From: a virus
Length of the DNA: 64,000 nucleotides
IMG/VR virus record: IMGVR_UViG_3300045988_173726
Span: 192,001 to 256,000 of that record
Reading direction: 5' to 3' (one strand)
Part shown: positions 31,457 to 39,136 of the stretch, piece after piece
Layout: the number at the start of each line of letters is the position of its first letter
How positions within the stretch are numbered: the first letter of the stretch is position 1
The notes under the pieces: model-generated
Told to the model about the DNA's origin: nothing
The model's input: only the letters and a program-made list of their open reading frames with translations
The model's database searches: none
Translations under genes and position numbers: made by a program

Positions 31457-31462
31457 CGCGCG

Positions 31463-32452
31463 GTGATTACGAATAGAGTATTTTCGGCAGTAAAACAGAG
31501 CCTTGACAAAGCGACCAGTGCAGAGGATGTACTGGTCGTTGCTGTATCTGGGGGCGCGGATAGTATGTGTTTATTAGACACTGTGCGACAGATACGGAGA
31601 CAGGTCGGGAAAGTAGTTGTGTGTCACTTGCATCATGGGGTAAGGACGGACGGTAGTGCAGAGCGGGATATGCTCTTGGTAAAGGGGTATTGTGACGGAT
31701 GCGGGATACCCTTCTTTTATCGGCGGGTAGATGTGCCGAGTATTGTAGAGGAAACGGGGAAGTCGGCAGAGCTTGTCGGGAGAGAGCTTCGGTATCGGTT
31801 TTTTAACGAGGTAGGGTCGTGTTACGGTTCGTATAAGATTCTGACTGGGGCAAATGCGAATGATTCTGTAGAGACAGTGCTTATGCACTTAATTCGTGGG
31901 GCTTCGGTAGATGGTTTATGCGGGATACGGGAAGTAAACGGTAGGGTAGTTCGTCCTTTGGTCGGGGTAAGTCGGAGAGAGATAGAGGCTTATGTTAAGG
32001 GAAACGGAGTTCCGTATAGCATAGACCCTACAAACCTAGAAGTAGAGTATACGAGAAACAAGGTTAGATTAGAGCTACTCCCGTATATCGAGGGGAATTT
32101 GAATCCTAACATCGTGAATACGCTTTTAAGTAGCATAAAGTCGTTTTCGGAGGACAGTGAGACGCTTAATCGGCTTACGGAGAGGGCGTATCAGAAGTAT
32201 TTACTTAGGGATACGGGGAAGGAGCGAGTGTTTTCGCTTAGTCTTTTAGGTGAAGATAGGTCGATAGTGAAGCGGGTACTGCTTAGAGCAGTACGAGAGG
32301 TGCTTAACACAACGCAGTTTAGCTTTAAGACAGCGATGATAGATAAGCTACTGGATAGCCCGCTTACAGATGGCAGGACTCGGCAGGTAAGTTTATCAAA
32401 GCGCCTAAAGGTAGTTGTATCAAAGGGAAGGATAGCAGTCATTTCGGAGTGA
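31463..32452 (+). CDS. tilS: tRNA(Ile)-lysidine synthetase
   Basis: PP-loop motif VLVVAVSGGADSMCLLD; size and downstream conserved segments (HLHHG, TGANANDSVETVLMHLIRG) are typical of TilS. GTG start. Confidence 0.8.
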   Translation: MITNRVFSAVKQSLDKATSAEDVLVVAVSGGADSMCLLDTVRQIRRQVGKVVVCHLHHGVRTDGSAERDMLLVKGYCDGCGIPFFYRRVDVPSIVEETGKSAELVGRELRYRFFNEVGSCYGSYKILTGANANDSVETVLMHLIRGASVDGLCGIREVNGRVVRPLVGVSRREIEAYVKGNGVPYSIDPTNLEVEYTRNKVRLELLPYIEGNLNPNIVNTLLSSIKSFSEDSETLNRLTERAYQKYLLRDTGKERVFSLSLLGEDRSIVKRVLLRAVREVLNTTQFSFKTAMIDKLLDSPLTDGRTRQVSLSKRLKVVVSKGRIAVISE

Positions 32453-32471
32453 CGCGCGGGGGATTTGGAAG

Positions 32472-34190
32472 ATGAGAAAAGTAGTAGCTCGGATTACCGA
32501 GGACAAAGTAGAGAGGTTTGTGGTAGCAGACACGGAGACGCTTTCGGTAGACGAGGTTTATAAGGACGAGTTAGCGACTTACGGGTTTAGCGAGGCAGAC
32601 TGCTCGGATATTATGGCATTATATTGTGGCGGAAAGAGTGAATTTTACGGGATTGCTGACTTTGTAGACACAGAGTATGCGTGGATTCTTGAGGTGTCTA
32701 ATAGCGGGACGCTTAACTATCTTCGTAAGAAAGCAGAGCTTGATTACGGAGAGGTGCACTCTATTCTTGATAAGAACCTTGAGAATCATTACTTTGCGCT
32801 TGAGATTCCTGCAACAGACGGAGTTTACGCGGAGCTTGCATCATTTAAGAATCGCATCCGAGGCGAGTTTATGCTTAGAGGGTCTGGAGATGTTAATCTC
32901 GACATTGTAAGAAAGACGATTAGCGTGTGTAGTGGAAGTGGAAATGCAGTAATTCCGAAGGTAGACGGGATTGAGACGCTTGAGGGGTTCATTGGGTATA
33001 GGAATCGGCGTGTTCTAGTCGGAGATGGGATAAAGCGAGTGCTTGGCGGTGGGCTTGATGGTTTAGTGGTAGTCGGAGAGAAACTTTGCATTCAAGAGAT
33101 TGTAGGGGTTAATTACAGTGTTTCTTTCGATGGTGCGTGTTATTTTGAAAGCCCTGTTAAGATTACGGGTAATATTACTGTAGCTGACTTCTCGGAGTTG
33201 TCTATTAATGTAAAGAGGATTTGTACATACGGAATTACGCTCTCTGGGACGGACTCGCCTGTATCGTTACGCCTTTACTCGAGCGTTGATGGCGTGGTTG
33301 AAAGGGACGGAATAAATTTTGGTATGTTTGATAACGCTCGGCTTACGCTCGAGGACGGTCTTAGTTTGTGCGGTCATAGCATATACGGAAGTTTAACAGA
33401 GCTTATCTTAGACGGTGAAATTGCGACTTTAGACGATGAGTCCCCGTTTAGCGGTTCGATAGAGCGGGTAGTCATTACAGAGAAGTGTAAGGAGTTGCCG
33501 CCGTATTTGTTTTATGGATTGAGTATTGGGAGTATAGAGATTCTTCCAAGGGAAACGCCGTTATATATCGGAGCGTGTGCGCTTACGACAAAGGATTTGC
33601 TTAGGACGGACGGCTATTCTGGGTTTATTGGGTCGGTTTTTAGTAATGAGAGAGTCGTGTTGCGTGAGGACGCGCTTAATGGAGCGCATATTTCCTTGGC
33701 AGTTGGGGTAGATATAGCGTGTAAAGCAGAGACAAGAGCATTTAGGGGTGTAACATTTGCGGATACGCAAGTTCGTGTTACTGCTGGTAGCGAAGATTCG
33801 TTTTTGTTCAGCGGGACAGAGTTTTTAAGCTGTAAGATAGAGCTTCCGTGCTATACGAATGGTATGTTTTACGATGCAAAGCTGATTTGGTGTAGGTTAG
33901 CAGTAAAGGGAAAGAAGAAAGCGCTTGACTGGGGCTTGTTCTGTGGGGCTACTGTTGATGTAGAGAATATAGTAGATACCTTTAACTTAGACTCTGGAGA
34001 ACTCACGCTTATGCCTTTTAGCATAGACAATGCTCGGTTTATTCGTTTCGGGAGTGAACAATTTAGCGCGGTTAGTCTTGTGGCAGACAAAGCTACAGAA
34101 GCCGAGAAAGAGATTAAGCGGGCAGAAATCGTGTGTGACAGAGGGTTTACTGTTTACGCTAGCCTCCCGTCTGGGGTAAAGATTTTTTAA
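32472..34190 (+). CDS. leucine-rich-repeat (BspA/LRR_5-like) protein
   Basis: Repetitive ~23-aa units of the type I..V.I...C.ELPPYLFYG.SI.SIEI (e.g. IERVVITEKCKELPPYLFYGLSIGSIEILPRE). No signal peptide. Confidence 0.6.
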   Translation: MRKVVARITEDKVERFVVADTETLSVDEVYKDELATYGFSEADCSDIMALYCGGKSEFYGIADFVDTEYAWILEVSNSGTLNYLRKKAELDYGEVHSILDKNLENHYFALEIPATDGVYAELASFKNRIRGEFMLRGSGDVNLDIVRKTISVCSGSGNAVIPKVDGIETLEGFIGYRNRRVLVGDGIKRVLGGGLDGLVVVGEKLCIQEIVGVNYSVSFDGACYFESPVKITGNITVADFSELSINVKRICTYGITLSGTDSPVSLRLYSSVDGVVERDGINFGMFDNARLTLEDGLSLCGHSIYGSLTELILDGEIATLDDESPFSGSIERVVITEKCKELPPYLFYGLSIGSIEILPRETPLYIGACALTTKDLLRTDGYSGFIGSVFSNERVVLREDALNGAHISLAVGVDIACKAETRAFRGVTFADTQVRVTAGSEDSFLFSGTEFLSCKIELPCYTNGMFYDAKLIWCRLAVKGKKKALDWGLFCGATVDVENIVDTFNLDSGELTLMPFSIDNARFIRFGSEQFSAVSLVADKATEAEKEIKRAEIVCDRGFTVYASLPSGVKIF

Positions 34191-34234
34191 GCCTTGACTA
34201 GCCAAGAGTAAAAATTTAATTTGTAGTAAAATGC

Positions 34235-34262
34235 TTGATTTTCTACCAACTTATGCTATATT
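34235..34262 (+). promoter_or_regulatory. sigma-70/sigma-A-type promoter
   Basis: TTGATT - 16 bp - TATATT, about 25 nt upstream of ATG 34287 (RBS AAGGGGGA). Confidence 0.5.
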
Positions 34263-34286
34263 AGTAGGCAAGGGGGATGTCGAGTC

Positions 34287-35120
34287 ATGCGAGTCTGGAA
34301 TGAATATGCTACAGAGTATTGCGCGAAGCGGGAAGAACTTCTTTCGGAGCTTACAGGACGGTATCGGGCGGCAGAGGAGAGCGGGGACGCAGAGGCACAG
34401 TTTAACTGTATGCTTGCACTGATGCGTTATAAGCTCGTTTCGAAGGGCAGTGAGTTGGTGTCCAAAGAGGCGTTTTCCCAAGTAAAGCGAGCGGCAAAGG
34501 GGAACGCGCGGATTTCCGACTATGAGACGAAGAAGCGCCGTCCTCCGAAGGTAACGGATGTGTCGGACGCATGGCTTGAGGCTTACGGTTATGAGAGTAA
34601 CCCTTACGATTATCGAACTAGCGGGAACGGGCAGTATTTGCCGAGTCGTGTCGGGTTTGTCGGGGATAGTTTTACGGTTGTTCGAGTGAAGTATGGCGAG
34701 CGAACGGTGCGAAGAGAAGAGTATGGTCGTATCGGGGAACAGAAGATAGACGAAGGCGAGGTTTCATATAAACTCGGGAGTACTAGCCTATCTGGGGCGG
34801 CGAAACGCTATGCAGAGGGCATGAAAGGTTTGTATGAGCGGCTTAGAAAAGAGCGCCTAGACCTTTCATTAAACTTTTCAAATGGGGAATCTGGCATTTC
34901 AGAGATAGTTCTTCACGAGCATAACGCCTATCAGTTAAAGAGTATCGGATATGTTGTTTATTGCTACGGAGATAGGCGCGTTCGGGTTTATGTGCTTTTG
35001 GATAGTGAGGGCTTGGGGGCTTGTAAGATAAGCGAAGATGAGACATTTTCGCGCATTGAGCAGGCGTTGATTAAGCATTACGAGGCGCTAGGGAGCAAAA
35101 TAGAGGTAGTAAAGCTGTAA
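34287..35120 (+). CDS. hypothetical protein
   Basis: 277-aa ORF with an RBS; no motif recognised. Confidence 0.6.
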   Translation: MRVWNEYATEYCAKREELLSELTGRYRAAEESGDAEAQFNCMLALMRYKLVSKGSELVSKEAFSQVKRAAKGNARISDYETKKRRPPKVTDVSDAWLEAYGYESNPYDYRTSGNGQYLPSRVGFVGDSFTVVRVKYGERTVRREEYGRIGEQKIDEGEVSYKLGSTSLSGAAKRYAEGMKGLYERLRKERLDLSLNFSNGESGISEIVLHEHNAYQLKSIGYVVYCYGDRRVRVYVLLDSEGLGACKISEDETFSRIEQALIKHYEALGSKIEVVKL

Positions 35121-35131
35121 GGGGGGAAGAG

Positions 35132-35944
35132 ATGAGACTTGGCAGGGGTCTAATCGTAAAGGTTGCGGTCGGTGTAGTGGCTCTTGGGCTTGTCGGGTTT
35201 TGGGCGAGTTCAATCATTCGTGACAAGGCAGAGCGGGAGTATGAGAGGCGAGAGACAGTTGCAAAGGCGGCATATGACGGGAGCGGAATAAAGGCAGACA
35301 TAACTTCCGTTAAGGTCGCATTTGCGGTGCGGAAAGAGGGAGTTTATTCAGCTTTCTCTGGGGATTCGTTTCTCGGTTTATCAGTGGACAAGTGGGATAG
35401 AAGCTATGTCAGTAACTACACAAGTAGTAGTACGGATAAAGACGGAAACAATTCCTATCATAGCCACTCACAGCTAGTGAAGCAGATACGGTATCTTTAT
35501 AGCACATCTATTGCGCTTAATAACTCTTTAGAGTCAGAATTAGACAAAGAGGCAGGGTTTAAGGTTACAAACAGTAAGGGAAAGAGCTTTTCTGTAAAGG
35601 TAGCCGCAAAGTATGGCTACTCAAGAAATAGCTATTGCATTACGGCGAAGGCTTCAAACGGCAGAGACTTAGGCGTAGCCGAGGTAACGGTTCGACTTAG
35701 CGGTTTAGTTCCGAATAAGAATTACGCTATGGCGGGAGTCCCGTTTACTGCGGGGTCGGATGGAACGGCAGAAGTTTCGTTTAACACAGTAGACAGAGGC
35801 TTTGAGAATCCAGACACTTTTGGTCGGGTTACGAAGTATAGTCTAATGAGCCTAGACAGTAAGGGGAACGCAAAGACAGAGATGACGATTATAATTCCAG
35901 AGGCGCATATCAAGGGATTTATTTGGAATTTCCCGCGCATATAA
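35132..35944 (+). CDS. single-pass membrane protein, family member M9
   Basis: TM VAVGVVALGLVGFWASSII. Signature VTVRLSGLVPNKNYAMAGVPFTAGSDGTAEVSFNTVDRG. Confidence 0.75.
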   Translation: MRLGRGLIVKVAVGVVALGLVGFWASSIIRDKAEREYERRETVAKAAYDGSGIKADITSVKVAFAVRKEGVYSAFSGDSFLGLSVDKWDRSYVSNYTSSSTDKDGNNSYHSHSQLVKQIRYLYSTSIALNNSLESELDKEAGFKVTNSKGKSFSVKVAAKYGYSRNSYCITAKASNGRDLGVAEVTVRLSGLVPNKNYAMAGVPFTAGSDGTAEVSFNTVDRGFENPDTFGRVTKYSLMSLDSKGNAKTEMTIIIPEAHIKGFIWNFPRI

Positions 35945-35955
35945 GGGGGGCAGGG

Positions 35956-36762
35956 ATGAGTTTACTAGATTACTCGGGGCTTTTACAGAGAGCTGGCGAG
36001 ACGAAAGGTATAAGCAAGAGCGAGTCAAGCGTAGGCACGCATAAGGGTCTTACCGAAGAAGAGAAAGCCGAGATATTCGCGCGAGTAGACAGGGAGTTTC
36101 GAGGTCGGGAGTGCAGACGGGTTCAGTTAATCGGTTTAGCGGCTATGGTGCTTTCGGTTGTTCTCGCGATAGGCGGGATACGGTATCTAAACTCGCATAG
36201 TGTAGCTATCGGGGCGCGGTTTATGGGAGTTACGGTAAGTCGTGTGGTGGATACAGCTTCTACTGGGGAGACAGGGAACGATGACATAGCGCTTCTTCCG
36301 AGTAACTCGCTTTCTGACGGTAGGGTAGTAGAGAGCTATCGGTTAAGCGGGATACTGCATGAGATAGACGAAAACAATGCAGTTAAGAATAACGGCGACC
36401 GTTTTCTAAAGGAGTCGTTTAGCGTTGGCGGGGCATTACGGCAGATAGACTTAGCTGTAGCCTATGACGGTGGTTCTGCGACTTATACCTTAAAGAAAGC
36501 CAAGTTGTCTGGGGAGTTTGGTGTATCTGATTTAGGCATTTCGGAGATTGAGCTGTCTCTCGGCGGTCTAAGTACGGATAGCAAGTATCTGTTAAACGAT
36601 AGTCCTGTAGATGTTTTGTCAGACGGAACGGCTACGGCAGTATTAAAGCTAGCTAACTACGGGTTAAGTAGCGGGCAGAAGTTTACTTTGTATCGAGTAG
36701 ACGGTACGAACAAGGTGCGGACGCTACGGTTTATCATTCCCGCAATCGGGAAAAGGGGGTAA
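35956..36762 (+). CDS. single-pass membrane protein, family member M10
   Basis: GGGGGG RBS before ATG 35956. TM LIGLAAMVLSVVLAIGGI. Signature IELSLGGLSTDSKYLLNDSPVDVLSDGTATAVLKLANYG. Confidence 0.7.
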   Translation: MSLLDYSGLLQRAGETKGISKSESSVGTHKGLTEEEKAEIFARVDREFRGRECRRVQLIGLAAMVLSVVLAIGGIRYLNSHSVAIGARFMGVTVSRVVDTASTGETGNDDIALLPSNSLSDGRVVESYRLSGILHEIDENNAVKNNGDRFLKESFSVGGALRQIDLAVAYDGGSATYTLKKAKLSGEFGVSDLGISEIELSLGGLSTDSKYLLNDSPVDVLSDGTATAVLKLANYGLSSGQKFTLYRVDGTNKVRTLRFIIPAIGKRG

Positions 36763-36765
36763 TGA

Positions 36766-37515
36766 GTGAGCGGTTTGTTATCCGTTTTGGGAGTAATCGG
36801 TAAATTAGGGATTCTTCTGATTATTTTGATTCTTCTAGCAGTACTGTCTTATCTGATTTTGAATAAGAGTTTCCCGTGGTTTAGAAACTTTAATGTGAAC
36901 GCATTTAAGCCAAGTGAGCGCAGAGAGCGGTCTAGCGAGGAAGCATATTTAGCCGCTTTGGAGAGCGGTGAGGTAGTAGCGCCGAAGGTGACTGTGAAAG
37001 AAATTTCGTTGGCTACAAGAACAAGAGGTTTCGCTAGGATTTTTCAGATTACAAACAGTGGTTTGAAGGAATTGAAGGAAACAACGCATTGTTGCGAGCT
37101 GGGAGGTCTGTATTCGGCGTGGTGGGATTCTGATAGTGTGAGTCTATCCGATAGCCCCTTTACTGGAAGCGAGAAGTATCGGTTTTTAGGCGTTTTGAGT
37201 AATGGAAATCGCGTTCAGTTTCACTTACATGAGCGGTACCAAGACAACGGGAAGTTATATGAAATTTCTTCATCTGTGTGTCTTGGCGCACGCAAAGTAG
37301 TATTTACAATATCAAATCTAACGCCTAATGCTACTTATCTTCTTGACGAGGTAACACATACGGCGGATGAGAGCGGTTGTATCACTCAATCCTTCCGGCA
37401 TAAAGATAGCCACGGTTGGCTCTTTGATGGTGTGTATCATCTTCGCAGATTGGATAGCTACGATTTTACAGATATTATTGACATAAAGCTTTCGTTATGG
37501 AGACCAAACGAATAA
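36766..37515 (+). CDS. single-pass membrane protein, family member M11
   Basis: GTG start. TM LSVLGVIGKLGILLIILILLAVLSYLIL. Signature VVFTISNLTPNATYLLDEVTHTADESGCITQSF. Confidence 0.65.
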   Translation: MSGLLSVLGVIGKLGILLIILILLAVLSYLILNKSFPWFRNFNVNAFKPSERRERSSEEAYLAALESGEVVAPKVTVKEISLATRTRGFARIFQITNSGLKELKETTHCCELGGLYSAWWDSDSVSLSDSPFTGSEKYRFLGVLSNGNRVQFHLHERYQDNGKLYEISSSVCLGARKVVFTISNLTPNATYLLDEVTHTADESGCITQSFRHKDSHGWLFDGVYHLRRLDSYDFTDIIDIKLSLWRPNE

Positions 37516-37567
37516 CCGCCAATAAAACCATAGAGGTTTTGCACAGTAAACTAAGAAAAGGAGAGAT

Positions 37568-37720
37568 ATGCAGAAGAGTTATCGTGAGTTACAGCATTTG
37601 CGAGAGGAGCTTGAGGAAGCGCTTTCAGAGTGTGAGGAGTCCGAGAGGAAGAAACTTTCGGATAAGTTACGAGGTGTGATGAAGCAGTTACAGCAGTATG
37701 AGGACGAACGCTTAATCTAA
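37568..37720 (+). CDS. small coiled-coil protein (50 aa)
   Basis: Below the track cut-off. AAGGAGAG RBS before ATG 37568. Product MQKSYRELQHLREELEEALSECEESERKKLSDKLRGVMKQLQQYEDERLI. Preferred over the overlapping track ORF 37497-37679. Confidence 0.5.
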   Translation: MQKSYRELQHLREELEEALSECEESERKKLSDKLRGVMKQLQQYEDERLI

Positions 37721-37745
37721 GACAACAGAAAGAGAGGTAGACGGG

Positions 37746-38018
37746 ATGGTGACGATACGGTTACGGACGCTTGCGGATTGCAAGGATTTTGTGGATTTAG
37801 TCGGGTCTGGAAAGTACGAGGAATGCACAGTGGATGTTTACCTCGGAGACCAGAGGTCTAAGGTTACGGTAGATGGAAAGTCCTTGCTCGGGATAATGAG
37901 TTTAGAGCCGAACAAGGTGCTTAATGTTACGGTTTCAAGCTTTGATAGCGATTTAGCTACAGAGTTAGAACATAAAATAGGTGAGAAATTCGGAGGACAA
38001 GAGCATGGATGCAATTAA
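37746..38018 (+). CDS. HPr/Crh-like protein lacking the PTS histidine
   Basis: SGKYEECTVDVYLGDQRSKVTVDGKSLLGIMSLEPNKVLNVTVSSFDSDLATELEH aligns with B. subtilis HPr [54 protein letters not shown]. The Ser46-equivalent is present. The GIHARPA region is replaced by ADCKDFV. Confidence 0.6.
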   Translation: MVTIRLRTLADCKDFVDLVGSGKYEECTVDVYLGDQRSKVTVDGKSLLGIMSLEPNKVLNVTVSSFDSDLATELEHKIGEKFGGQEHGCN

Positions 38019-38163
38019 CAGGTTTAACCACGGTGACAAGGACGGAAAGAACGAGGCAGACGGGCTGGATAGCTTGAATCTCGACTTAGACATTGAGGAT
38101 GGCGAAGAGGTCGAGGGTCTTGATGATGACGACAGTCTGTTTGCGAATCCAGAGGAGGAGTGA
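38005..38163 (+). CDS. small highly acidic protein
   Basis: GGAGG RBS before ATG 38005; DLDIEDGEEVEGLDDDDSLFANPEEE. Confidence 0.4.
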   Translation: MDAINRFNHGDKDGKNEADGLDSLNLDLDIEDGEEVEGLDDDDSLFANPEEE

Positions 38164-38165
38164 GA

Positions 38166-39119
38166 ATGGGGAGAAAGAAACGGGTAGGTAGCTCTACGGA
38201 GAACGACCGCGACATTCTTGCGGATTTAGGTAGTTTGTCGGACAAAGATTTCGACACGGCTAATGATTTGCCTTTTGACTTGGATTTGGATGACGAAGAG
38301 GATGCAGACGAGGAAGCCGTTGATAACGGCATGAGCGAAGAGGACGCGGCAAAGCGTGTCGCAGAGCTTCTATCGGGTCTTTTTGAGGCGGCGGGTCATA
38401 AGGGCGCTAAACAGAAAGACGCAGTGTCTAAGTCGGGCGACAGTGACGCAGAGATTGACGCTATGGTGTCTAAGGCGGCTTCTAAGGTTGGAAAGGCGTT
38501 AAAGAAGGCAAAGCGCGGTGCAGAGGTCGGTAAGAAAGGTCTTGAGACAGCGGCAGAGAGTGTTACAGAGTCGGAGGCATTTAAGAAGCTTGTAGACAGT
38601 GTTTATCGCGCGATGGAAGTCGCAAAGGTTGGCGCTGATAAGGTGAAGGATGCCGTAAAGAGAGAGGAGACAGAGACTAAGTGCGAGGAGTTTGATACAG
38701 TTCGCACGGAGTCCGAGTCTTTGGATTATGACAATCTGCTTGCCACAGTAGGTTTATCGAAGCCGACCAAAGAGGGGAGCGCGACAGAGGTACTGAACGA
38801 GGCTCTTACAGCGATTAGTGAGAAGTATCGTGGGCTTTCTGGAACAGTGATTGAGGAAGCGCTTCTTGCGGCTTTGGCGGCAGACACAGAGAGCCGCTTA
38901 AACGGCAAGGTCGTTGAGACAGAGAACAGGCTTCTTACCTATCGTGTCCGTAGCTTAGTGAATCTTAGTGCTGAACTGCGCGAGTCTATTAGCTCTTGTA
39001 TGCTCACAGCGAGCGAGTATATTGAGTTAAAAGAGAAGGTTGAGAAGCTTGACAAGCAGATTGCGGGGCTTCGGGAGATTAATGCCGAGTTTACGAGACT
39101 TGGGAAGAAATCCCGATAA
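38166..39119 (+). CDS. acidic / coiled-coil protein
   Basis: GGAGGAG RBS. Acidic N-terminal stretch (DLPFDLDLDDEEDADEEAVDNG). K/E-rich helical middle and a C-terminal coiled coil. Confidence 0.6.
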   Translation: MGRKKRVGSSTENDRDILADLGSLSDKDFDTANDLPFDLDLDDEEDADEEAVDNGMSEEDAAKRVAELLSGLFEAAGHKGAKQKDAVSKSGDSDAEIDAMVSKAASKVGKALKKAKRGAEVGKKGLETAAESVTESEAFKKLVDSVYRAMEVAKVGADKVKDAVKREETETKCEEFDTVRTESESLDYDNLLATVGLSKPTKEGSATEVLNEALTAISEKYRGLSGTVIEEALLAALAADTESRLNGKVVETENRLLTYRVRSLVNLSAELRESISSCMLTASEYIELKEKVEKLDKQIAGLREINAEFTRLGKKSR

Positions 39120-39136
39120 GGTTTGGAGGTGCCGAA

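Noticed and set aside
37497-37679. The 60-aa track ORF overlapping the end of M11.
   Set aside because: It has no RBS and a basic low-complexity product. The alternative frame has a 50-aa coiled-coil ORF (37568-37720) with an AAGGAGAG RBS.
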